A stretch of DNA of 64,000 bases. Origin: an uncultured Planctomycetales bacterium. GTDB taxonomy: Bacteria; Planctomycetota; Planctomycetia; Pirellulales; S012-138. Each line of letters begins with the position of its first letter. Positions within the stretch are counted from its first letter, which is position 1. The stretch lies in NCBI GenBank assembly GCA_937927735.1, contig CALBRZ010000083.1:544-64543 (forward strand), read 5' to 3'. The notes below the pieces were generated by a model. That model was not told where the DNA came from and made no database searches. It was given only the letters and a program-made list of their open reading frames with translations. A program made the translations under genes and the position numbers. Below are positions 47,968 to 56,578 of this stretch, piece by piece.

Positions 47968-49488
47968 ATGCGTAGTGTTGCTGGCTTGTTGGTATGCGCG
48001 GTGCTGACCGCGCCTGGGACGTCGGGGATTGCCCGCGCTGAAGTGTGCGGCTCGCCCGCCTGCGAAGTCTATCCGACGCAGACGTACCGCCTGGTGTGCG
48101 AAACCGTTTACGACGAGCGCCCCGTCACGTGCTACCGGCTCGAAACCGAAACGGTGTACGAGCAGCAGCAGGTGACCTGCTACCGCAATGTCTGGGAAAC
48201 GGAGATGCGGGAGCGGCGCTACACGGTGCAGCGCCCCGTCTACGAAACCCACGAGCGCGAGGAACGGTACACCGTCCAGCGTCCGGTGTGGGAAACCCGG
48301 ATGCGGACCGTGAACGTCAATCGCGTCCGCAATGTGATCGAAACGCACGAGCGTGAAGAACGGTACGTGGTGCAACGCCCGGTGACCGAAACGCACGTTC
48401 GTGAAGAACGCTTCTACGTGCAGCGCCCGGTGCTGGAAACGGCCGAACGCGAAGAGTGCTACACGGTGCTGCGTCCGCAGGTGACGTATCGCAACGTGAC
48501 GGTCGACAACGGCTGCTGGGAACAGCAGCAGGTGTTGCGGCCCGGTCCGGTCAAAACGCGGCTGCGCTGGGTGCCCGGCGGCTGCGAGGTGGACCCGGTC
48601 ACTGGTCGTTCGTACTACCGTGGCGGCGGCCTGGCCTGGGTGCAGCAGCCTTGCCCGCCCACGGTTGAAGTCCAGCAGGTGTGGCGGCCCAACGTGCAAA
48701 CCTTCCAGGTGCCGCAGACGGTGATGGTGCCGCAAACCGAGCGCCGCGTGGTGCAATACCAGGTGCAGCGGATGGTCACCGAGGAACAGGTTCGCCAGGT
48801 GCCGTACCAGGTGTGCCGCATGGTGGCCGAAGAACACGTGCGGCGCGTGCCCTACCAGGTTTGCCGCCAGGTGGTGGAAACCTGCCAGCAGCAGATCCCC
48901 GAGCGGGTTTGCCGCATGGTGACCGAGGAGCACGTGCGGCGCGTGCCATACACCACCTGCCGCCTGGTGTGCGAGGAACGCGTGGAGCAGATCCCGGTTC
49001 GCACCTGCCGCCGCGTGGCCGTGCAGCAAACGATCCAGGTGCCCCGGCAAGTGGTGCGCCGCGTGCCGGTCACCTACACGCTGCGTGTGCCGCGGGTGAT
49101 CGTGCATCGGATCCCGATCGATCCCTGCACGGGCGCCGACCTGACGGTTCCGGCCGCCCCGTCGACCAGTGCCTCGCAAGCGGATACGCCGCTGACTCCG
49201 ATTCCGGAAGCGCAGTCGGACCTGCTGCAGCCGACGCCCGCCCCGCAAACCCAGCAGGGCGCGCCGCGGACCTTTGCTCCGCAGTCGGAAGCGCAGCCGA
49301 CCCCGATGCCGCAGCCTCAGCCGGCACCCTTGCCGCAGCCGCGGACCCAACCGGCGCCGATCCGGCCCGAGCCGGAAACGCCCCAGCCGCGGATCGAGCC
49401 GGGCGAGGCTGTCCGCGAGCCGAACGTGAACGCCACGTTCCGTTCGACGTTCTCGCCGCTGGTGCCGGTGAGCTACCACAACGGTTAA
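47968..49488 (+). CDS. secreted Cys-rich repeat protein (YTV-type repeats)
   Basis: Signal peptide MRSVAGLLVCAVLTAPGTSGIARA. Tandem ~13-16-aa units REERYTVQRPVxET (about 48205-48480) and EEHVRRVPYQVCRxV (about 48760-49010). Pro/Gln-rich tail. The plus strand is preferred over the equal-length antisense ORF. Confidence 0.8.
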   Translation: MRSVAGLLVCAVLTAPGTSGIARAEVCGSPACEVYPTQTYRLVCETVYDERPVTCYRLETETVYEQQQVTCYRNVWETEMRERRYTVQRPVYETHEREERYTVQRPVWETRMRTVNVNRVRNVIETHEREERYVVQRPVTETHVREERFYVQRPVLETAEREECYTVLRPQVTYRNVTVDNGCWEQQQVLRPGPVKTRLRWVPGGCEVDPVTGRSYYRGGGLAWVQQPCPPTVEVQQVWRPNVQTFQVPQTVMVPQTERRVVQYQVQRMVTEEQVRQVPYQVCRMVAEEHVRRVPYQVCRQVVETCQQQIPERVCRMVTEEHVRRVPYTTCRLVCEERVEQIPVRTCRRVAVQQTIQVPRQVVRRVPVTYTLRVPRVIVHRIPIDPCTGADLTVPAAPSTSASQADTPLTPIPEAQSDLLQPTPAPQTQQGAPRTFAPQSEAQPTPMPQPQPAPLPQPRTQPAPIRPEPETPQPRIEPGEAVREPNVNATFRSTFSPLVPVSYHNG

Positions 49489-49554
49489 CCGTAGCGCTGC
49501 CCAAAACGCGGCAGTAGATCCAAGCGATTCCCAATCACTGATCGGGTTGCAGCG

Positions 49555-49588
49555 TAACGCCCGGCCGGACTTTGCTCTGGCCGGGCGT
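49555..49588. terminator. perfect 11-bp hairpin between convergent genes
   Basis: AACGCCCGGCC (49555-49565) pairs with GGCCGGGCGTT (49578-49588). No T-run on either side. Confidence 0.45.
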
Positions 49589-49735
49589 TATAGCATTCTG
49601 GCCAGCGCCGTACCTGCCGATCGCGACGCATGGCACGGAATGCAAGACGGCACCGAGCAGCGCGAGCCGCTCGGTGCCGTGGAGGTGTCCAGTCAGCCTA
49701 ACTGGCAATGGGTCAGCCCGGGGGGGACTGGCCGC

Positions 49736-50344
49736 TTACTTGGCCGCGGCGTAACGCCGGGCAACTTCGTCCCAGTTGATCACGTTGAAGAATGCGTTGA
49801 TGTACTCAGGCCGCCGGTTCTGGTACTTCAGGTAATAGGCGTGTTCCCACACATCCAGGCCCAGGATCGGGGTGTGGCCATGCATCAGCGGCGTGTCCTG
49901 GTTGGGCGTGCTCTCGATGTGCAGGTTCTTGTTGCCGTCCAGGCACAGCCAGGCCCAGCCGCTGCCGAAGCGGTTGGCGGCCGCGTCGCTGAACTGTTCC
50001 TTGAACTTCTCGAAGCTGCCGAAGGTCGCGTTGATGGCTGCGGCCAGTTCGCCCTTTGGTTCGCCACCGCCGTTGGGGCTCATGATGGTCCAGAACAACG
50101 AGTGGTTGGCGTGGCCGCCGCCGTTGTTCCGCACCGCGGTGCGAATGTTCTCAGGCACCGTGTCGATCTTGGCCATCAGCTCCTCGATCGGCAGATTGCC
50201 CAGGTCGGTGTTCTCGATCGCCGCGTTCAGCTTCGCCACGTAGGTCGCATGATGCTTGTCGTGATGGATCTCCATCGTCTTGGCATCAATGTGCGGCTCC
50301 AGGGCGTCGAAGGCGTAAGGCAGGTCCGGAAGGGTATAAGCCAT
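49736..50344 (-). CDS. sodA: superoxide dismutase (Mn type by sequence)
   Basis: [33 protein letters not shown] and NQD...DVWEHAYY. The GGGHxNHS plus late Gln pattern favours Mn over Fe. Confidence 0.9.
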   Translation of the reverse strand: MAYTLPDLPYAFDALEPHIDAKTMEIHHDKHHATYVAKLNAAIENTDLGNLPIEELMAKIDTVPENIRTAVRNNGGGHANHSLFWTIMSPNGGGEPKGELAAAINATFGSFEKFKEQFSDAAANRFGSGWAWLCLDGNKNLHIESTPNQDTPLMHGHTPILGLDVWEHAYYLKYQNRRPEYINAFFNVINWDEVARRYAAAK

Positions 50345-50839
50345 GTCTGTTTCTCCTGGTCAAGGTTGGCCCGGATGACAGCCGCGGGCCGAACGCACAA
50401 GAATCATCGTTTCCGTCCAGCGCGGAGGAAACGCCCGCCGCTGCTGAATCGCGAATCGGGTACACGCCCAGCACTGCGGCCGGCGTGCCACTGGCCGAGG
50501 CCAGCGCCAACAGCCTGCCGCTGCGGCATTAGGGCGATCGTACGCTGCCCGGTGCGCGGCCTGCTGCTCGCTTGACATTGCTCGACATGCGAATGTGGAA
50601 CATACCCAATTCGGCGCGCGCTGGCAATTCGCCTGAAGGGCCAATCAAAAACCCTCGCACCGCACCAATCGATGCTCTAAGCAAGGCCGATGCCAGGGGG
50701 AAACCTGCTCCCGTCGCCCGCACCAGGCCTGCGGGATACGATCTAACAGGCGGGAACGTTGACGTTGACTAGCGCGGGGCGGCGCTACGGTTGGCAGCGG
50801 CCGCAGCCGGAGTTCCCGTCGTCACGTCACCCCAGGTTT

Positions 50840-52828
50840 ATGATGAGCAACGAGCGACTTGAAAGTGGTCTGTTGCCAAGCGGAGCACACGACGCGCACG
50901 CTTCGGTCCCCGTTGTTCCCAGCGACGAGCCTGCGCGGTTAGAGCTGTCGGCCGAAGCCATGCGGGCGATGGGCTATCAGGTGATCGATCAACTGGTCGA
51001 ACGCTTTGTGAAGCTGCCCGAGAAGCCGGCCACGCGCATCGTCCCACGGCCGGTCTTGAAGGAGAAACTGTCGGCTCCGCCGCCGGAAGAACCCGAGCCG
51101 TGGGGCCGCATTCTCCAGCAGACCCAAGATGACGTGATGACGGCTGTGGGGCTTACCACGCATCCCCGCTTTGCGTTCGTGCCGAGCCCCAGCAACTTCG
51201 TCAGTGTGATGGCCGATTGCCTGGCGGCTGGCTTCAACATCTTCGGCGGCAACTGGTTGGAGGGGGCCGGCCCCTGCCAGGTGGAACGCACGGTCATCGA
51301 CTGGATGCGCGCCTGGTGCGGCATGCCGGAATCCACCGGTGGCGTGCTGGTTAGCGGTGGCTCACAGGCCAACCTGACGGCGCTGGCGACCGCCCGGCAT
51401 GTGAAGCTCCGCAACGAAGTGTCCCGCGGCGTGGCCTACGGCTCGGACCAGTGCCACTCGTCGCTGCTGCGAGGCTTTCGCGTGCTGGGCTTTTCCCAGG
51501 ATCAGTTCGTCCGGCTTCCGTCCGACGAGCATTTCCGGCTGCCGGTCGAGGCCTTACGCGCCCGAGTGGCGGAAGATCGTGCTCGCGGTTTGCACCCGTT
51601 TTGCGTGGTGGCCAACGCCGGCACAACAAATACCGGTGCGGTTGATCCCCTGGACGAACTGGCCGACTTCTGCCAGCAAGAGGGGCTCTGGCTGCATGCC
51701 GACGGCGCGTACGGCGCCGCGGCCGTTCTTTCGCCAGCCGGCCGCGAGGCCTTGCGAGGCATCGAGCGGGTGGATTCGCTGACCATCGACCCGCACAAAT
51801 GGCTGTTCCAGCCCTACGAGTGCGGCTGCGTGCTGGTCCGCGATTGGCAACACCTGTTCGGGGCGTTTCAGGTCACGGCCGAGTATCTGGCCGATGCCCT
51901 GCGGATCAGCGAGGACGTGAACTTCCAGGACCTGGGCATCCAGCTCACCCGGTCATTCCGCGCCCTGAAGCTGTGGATGTCGATCCGGTTCTTCGGGCTG
52001 GCGGCGTTCCGCGAGGCAATTACCCGGGGCATCGAACTGGCCCAGCAGGCGGAACAGATCGTGCGCGAAACCCAGGGGCTGCATCTGTTCACACCGGCTC
52101 AGTTGGGCATCTTGACCTTTTATTACGCGGAACCGGAGCACGACTTGGCCGCGGCCAATGAGCTGAATCAACGGATTGTGAACCGGGTCTTGGACGAGGC
52201 GTTTGCCACCGTGACGTCGACGATGCTTCGCGACCGCCGCGTTTTGCGGATGTGCATCATCAACCCCCGCACGACGGTGGACGACCTGCGTCAAACTGTC
52301 GCACGTCTGGCACAGTTCGGACGTGAGGAATCCCAGCGGACGAGGGGGGCAGATAGCTCATCTTCCTTGCATTCCGCAAGTTTTCAGCGACTTTCGCTGG
52401 ATGATGACACCTCTTGTTGGACGGAGCGACAGGTGGGGGGCACCTTCGAGCGGTTCGCGTCCCCCGCTGGCTGCGGAATAGCAAGCATCCACGGTCGTTG
52501 CTATCTTGCGATTGCCGTGAGTGCCGCCGTGCGTGGCTTGCCGCGGGCCAGAGACCGTGCCCCGTGCCATGTTCCACCCGAAGGGGTGTGGCAATTTGCC
52601 GCACCCTGCCAGGGGGCTTGTCTGGGGCGCCCCATCGTGTACAAAGGGCGCTTGACACTTGGCCGGGGGGTCTACGAGTCGCCTCGCTTGCAAACTTTCG
52701 TGCAAGCGCAATGGTTTCTGGTCTTATCGGGCGCGTGCGTTGTCGAGTGCAGGTCTGATGTTGCGCTCGCTTTTCAGCGAGCGACCAAGCACCAAGAGTC
52801 GACACAATGGCCGAGAAAAAGAAGTTGA
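50840..52828 (+). CDS. PLP-dependent group II (aromatic-amino-acid-type) decarboxylase with an unexplained C-terminal extension
   Basis: Start re-called at MMSNERLE. Motifs HPRFFAF-like HPRFAFVPSP, SGGSQANL and DPHKWLFQPYECG (PLP Lys). The recognisable domain ends near 52330, but the frame stays open to 52828. Confidence 0.85.
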   Translation: MMSNERLESGLLPSGAHDAHASVPVVPSDEPARLELSAEAMRAMGYQVIDQLVERFVKLPEKPATRIVPRPVLKEKLSAPPPEEPEPWGRILQQTQDDVMTAVGLTTHPRFAFVPSPSNFVSVMADCLAAGFNIFGGNWLEGAGPCQVERTVIDWMRAWCGMPESTGGVLVSGGSQANLTALATARHVKLRNEVSRGVAYGSDQCHSSLLRGFRVLGFSQDQFVRLPSDEHFRLPVEALRARVAEDRARGLHPFCVVANAGTTNTGAVDPLDELADFCQQEGLWLHADGAYGAAAVLSPAGREALRGIERVDSLTIDPHKWLFQPYECGCVLVRDWQHLFGAFQVTAEYLADALRISEDVNFQDLGIQLTRSFRALKLWMSIRFFGLAAFREAITRGIELAQQAEQIVRETQGLHLFTPAQLGILTFYYAEPEHDLAAANELNQRIVNRVLDEAFATVTSTMLRDRRVLRMCIINPRTTVDDLRQTVARLAQFGREESQRTRGADSSSSLHSASFQRLSLDDDTSCWTERQVGGTFERFASPAGCGIASIHGRCYLAIAVSAAVRGLPRARDRAPCHVPPEGVWQFAAPCQGACLGRPIVYKGRLTLGRGVYESPRLQTFVQAQWFLVLSGACVVECRSDVALAFQRATKHQESTQWPRKRS

Positions 52829-54057
52829 CCACTGCCGAGATCCTGGCGGCCGCGCGCAAGCTGGACTCTAAGGGGTCGCAGGGGTCAGAAACAACGCCCC
52901 CCGAATCTCCGCCACCTTCTCCCCCGACGGAAGCTGCGGCCAGTTCTTCCTCCGGTGAGTCTACCCCTGCAGCGGCCGATGCTCCCCAGCCGGCTGCCAC
53001 GCCCAGCTCCAGTGGCGGAAAACTCACTACGGCCGAGATTCTGGCCCTGGCCCGAGCCGGCAAAGCCGGCGGTGCCAAGCCGGCGGCAGCGGCCGAGACG
53101 CCTGCCCAGGAGCCGGCAACCCCGGCAAATCCGGCAAATCCGGCGAGTTCATCCGGTGGTCGGCCCAGCGTTCAGGAGATCCTGGCGATGGCCCGGGCCG
53201 GCAAAGGTGGCCAGCAACCTCCTGCCGAGCCGGCGGCCGAGCCGCCCGCTACACAACCCTCTGCGGCCAAGCCAACCGCCGCCAAACCGGAACCGGCAGC
53301 CTCGCAGGCCGAGGAAGTTCCGGCTGGTCCGCCCAAGACGGCAAGCATCCTGGCGGCGGCCCGGGCGGAAAAGAAACGCGGGCCCTTGAGCAAAGCCGAG
53401 GCCGGCTTGCTGCCCGGCCATGATGAATCGCGCATCGAAGAGGCGATTCCGCGTCCGGCCAAGCCGGTCGTGCCGCCTATGCCCGCCAAACCGGCGTATG
53501 CGCAAAAGAAGCCCGAGGGCGCTCAGCCCAAGGTCGACGAAGGCCGCCGCGGCGTGTTGGCGATGCTCAGTGCGATGGTCGGCACCTCGCTGGGGATAGG
53601 CTTTGGCGCGTTGGCCGGCACCGCGGGGTTGTGGTCGCTGGGGCTGGCTCGTTACATGTTCCCCAACATCCTGACGGAGCCGCCCAGCCAGTTTAAGGTG
53701 GGGCAGCCGTCGGACTTTCCGCCGGGTATGGTGGACGAGCGGTTCAAGGCGGCCTTTGGCGTGTGGATCGTCAACGCCGAGTACAACGGCCAGCAGATGA
53801 TCTACGCTTTGAAGACCGTCTGCACGCACCTGGGCTGCACGCCCAACTGGTTGGAAAGCGAGCAGAAGTTCAAATGCCCCTGCCACGGCAGCGGCTTTTA
53901 CATTGATGGGATCAACTTCGAGGGGCCGGCGCCCCGCCCCCTGGAACGGTACGCGATTCGAATCGCCGACGACGGCCAGTTGGAGATCGACAAGAGCCGC
54001 GTCTTCCAGGAAGAAAAGGGCGAGTGGACCAACCCCGACAGCTATGTGATCGTCTGA
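52807..54057 (+). CDS. Rieske [2Fe-2S] subunit of a cytochrome bc-type complex, with a 245-aa N-terminal extension
   Basis: CTHLGC...CPCHGSGF cluster-binding boxes. A twin-arginine EGRRGVL followed by the TM helix AMLSAMVGTSLGIGFGALAG at residues ~247-275. Ala/Pro-rich repeat-bearing N-terminus. Confidence 0.9.
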   Translation: MAEKKKLTTAEILAAARKLDSKGSQGSETTPPESPPPSPPTEAAASSSSGESTPAAADAPQPAATPSSSGGKLTTAEILALARAGKAGGAKPAAAAETPAQEPATPANPANPASSSGGRPSVQEILAMARAGKGGQQPPAEPAAEPPATQPSAAKPTAAKPEPAASQAEEVPAGPPKTASILAAARAEKKRGPLSKAEAGLLPGHDESRIEEAIPRPAKPVVPPMPAKPAYAQKKPEGAQPKVDEGRRGVLAMLSAMVGTSLGIGFGALAGTAGLWSLGLARYMFPNILTEPPSQFKVGQPSDFPPGMVDERFKAAFGVWIVNAEYNGQQMIYALKTVCTHLGCTPNWLESEQKFKCPCHGSGFYIDGINFEGPAPRPLERYAIRIADDGQLEIDKSRVFQEEKGEWTNPDSYVIV

Positions 54058-54250
54058 GGTGGGGGGGCCGCCGGCCTCCGTGCCAGTCAAGCTCGAGCAG
54101 ATCGCGCGAGGTGGTTCGCCGCGTCGAGCTTGCGCCGGCAAGTTGACCGACGGTGGGCCGAAGCGTTGCGATAAACGCCGGCCGGGTCGCGCCGCAGTAC
54201 CGCCCACGCACGACCGTTGACTGAATCCTTCCAATCGTTAGGGAACGCCG

Positions 54251-55027
54251 ATGCCGTCAATTGGCGAAACGGTACGCAACAGCCAGATCTGGAAGAGTAT
54301 CTTCCGTCACCCGATGCCGCTGGATCGGCGCAATCGCATCGTGGTGATGCTGACCAACTTCTTCCTGCACCTGCACCCGGTTTCGATCAAGAAGCAGGGC
54401 ATCGCGCTGAGCTACACCTGGTGCATGGGCGGGGTGACGTTCTTCCTGTTTCTGGTGGAGACCGTCACCGGCGTGCTGCTGATGTTCTATTACCGGCCGA
54501 CGCTCCAATGGGCGTTCACCGATATCCAGGCTTTGCGCGACGTCACCAGCCTGGGCATTCTCCGCGAGCTGCATCGCTGGGGGGCCCATGCCATGGTGAT
54601 TACCGTCTGGTTGCACATGTACCGGGTGTTCTTGACCGGCAGTTACAAACCTCCGCGAGAATTCAACTGGGTCGTGGGGGTGATCCTGTTGTTATTAACG
54701 CTGTTGTTGTCGTTCACCGGCTACTTGCTGCCGTGGGACCAGTTGGCCATATGGGCCATCACGGTGGGCTCCAATATGGCCCGGGCGACTCCCTTCTTAG
54801 GCAGCGAAGGCCCCGGCCAGCAGTTGCTGTCCATCGGCGGCATCGACATGATCACCAGTGCCTCGGACGCGCGGTTCGGCCTCTTGGGGGCACGGTTTGT
54901 CGGTGAAGAAACGCTGAACCGGTTTTACGTGCTGCACTGCATCGCAATTCCCCTGGCGGTGGCGATGCTCTTGGCGATTCACTTTTGGCGAGTGCGGAAG
55001 GACGGCGGGATCAGCGGTCCGCTGTAA
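54251..55027 (+). CDS. cytochrome b6-type subunit (N-terminal four-helix half of cytochrome b)
   Basis: [60 protein letters not shown] and AIWAITVG are classic cyt b/b6 heme-ligand and Qo-region helices. Confidence 0.92.
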   Translation: MPSIGETVRNSQIWKSIFRHPMPLDRRNRIVVMLTNFFLHLHPVSIKKQGIALSYTWCMGGVTFFLFLVETVTGVLLMFYYRPTLQWAFTDIQALRDVTSLGILRELHRWGAHAMVITVWLHMYRVFLTGSYKPPREFNWVVGVILLLLTLLLSFTGYLLPWDQLAIWAITVGSNMARATPFLGSEGPGQQLLSIGGIDMITSASDARFGLLGARFVGEETLNRFYVLHCIAIPLAVAMLLAIHFWRVRKDGGISGPL

Positions 55028-55165
55028 GGCCCCCCCGGCGAACCTGGGAGGAGTGCAGGCCGCGCGCGGACCGGCCGGGATGGCACGTGCGAAGCGGAAC
55101 GAACTGGGACGTTGCGGCAAGGATGGCCCCTTGGCTAGCCGAGGCGGCCGTTTCCAGCCGGCACA

Positions 55166-56509
55166 ATGGATGAACATATGCATGGCGCGTCGTTAGACTT
55201 CGTCGACAAGGCCTCCTCCTTCCTGGGCCCCTACTACATTACGATGGCCGCGCTCAACGCGGTGGTGGCCGGGGTGCTGCAGTTCCGGTTGCAGCGCAGC
55301 GGCCTGGCCCTGGGCTGCCTGATCGCCACGATCGCCTTTGTCATCCTGGGGGCGTTCGCATGGTCGGGCTCGCTACCTGGGCTGGGGCACAATACCGAGC
55401 ATCTGATCAACTCGCTCTTGAGCGGGAACCGCGGCGCGGTGGTCTACACCGTGGGCACGGCGGTTGGCCTGGCGGTGCTGTATTGGTTCCGCCGCTTCTT
55501 CGTGCAGCCGGTGGTGGCCTACATCGGGTTCAACCTGGTGATGCTGCTGCTGGGGTTGTCGATGACCAACCCCAATTTCTGGGAGATCGTCGCCAAGCCC
55601 GACAACGTACCGATCGTGATGCTCGTGCTGCTGCTGGGCTTTTTCACCTGGTTGGCCACGTGGAAAGCCGTGCAGAACGACGATCGGGCCCGGCAGGGCC
55701 TGCCGCCGCTGGAATCGCTCGATAACGAGAAAGTGCTGGTGTGGCCCGACCTGGTCTACACCGAGCTGATCTGCATGGTGCTGCTGACGGCGCTGCTGTT
55801 GGTTTGGGCCATCGTGCTCAAGGCGCCGCTGGAAGAACCGGCCAGCGCGGTCAAAACGCCTAACCCCTCCAAGGCCCCGTGGTACTTCCTGGGGCTGCAA
55901 GAAATGCTCGTGTACTACGATCCCTGGATGGCCGGCGTGGTGCTGCCCAGCTTGGTGATCGTGGGGTTGATGGCGATTCCCTACCTGGACTTCAACAAGG
56001 AAGGCAACGGCTACTACACGATCGAGAAACGCAAGTTCGCGTACCTGACCTTCCAGATCGGCTTTCTGCTGCTGTGGGTCACGTTGATCGTGCTGGGCAC
56101 CTTCCTGCGAGGGCCCAACTGGAGCTTCTTCGGCCCATTTGAGTACTGGGATCCCCATAAGGTCGAGGCCCAGAACAACGTCAACCTCTCGGACTACTTC
56201 TGGATCAACCTGATGGGGGCCAGCGTGCCGAGGGTGACCAGCGACATGGGCACGGCGGAATCGCTGTGGATGATCCTCAAACGCGAAGGGCTGGGGATCG
56301 TCCTGGTGCTGGGCTACTTCCTGTTCTTGCCGCCCGTGCTGGCGGCCACGGTCCTGCGGCCGTTTTTCATCCGGATGGGCTTCATCCGTTACATGGTGAT
56401 GGCCATTTTGCTGCTGTTCATGGCGGCCCTGCCGATCAAGATGCTGCTCCGCTGGACCTTGAACCTGAAGTACATCGTCAGCATCCCGGAGTACTTTTTC
56501 AACATTTAG
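55166..56509 (+). CDS. cytochrome b C-terminal / subunit IV-like protein, expanded (447 aa, about 10 TM helices)
   Basis: PSKAPWYFLGLQEMLVYY (the PEWYF-type motif of cyt b C-terminal domain/PetD), flanked by extra N- and C-terminal hydrophobic helices. Confidence 0.85.
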   Translation: MDEHMHGASLDFVDKASSFLGPYYITMAALNAVVAGVLQFRLQRSGLALGCLIATIAFVILGAFAWSGSLPGLGHNTEHLINSLLSGNRGAVVYTVGTAVGLAVLYWFRRFFVQPVVAYIGFNLVMLLLGLSMTNPNFWEIVAKPDNVPIVMLVLLLGFFTWLATWKAVQNDDRARQGLPPLESLDNEKVLVWPDLVYTELICMVLLTALLLVWAIVLKAPLEEPASAVKTPNPSKAPWYFLGLQEMLVYYDPWMAGVVLPSLVIVGLMAIPYLDFNKEGNGYYTIEKRKFAYLTFQIGFLLLWVTLIVLGTFLRGPNWSFFGPFEYWDPHKVEAQNNVNLSDYFWINLMGASVPRVTSDMGTAESLWMILKREGLGIVLVLGYFLFLPPVLAATVLRPFFIRMGFIRYMVMAILLLFMAALPIKMLLRWTLNLKYIVSIPEYFFNI

Positions 56510-56578
56510 CCGCGACCCGTTTCGCACACCGGTCGCCGATACCGCTCACAGGCTCCGCGATTGCTCCGGAGAGGGCAA

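Noticed and set aside
47773-49479. 568-codon antisense ORF covering the whole YTV repeat-protein gene
   Set aside because: It is Arg/His/Gly/Leu-rich low-information sequence with no signal peptide or motif. The plus-strand frame has a signal peptide and a recognisable repeat family. The open antisense frame is explained by periodic GC-rich codons.
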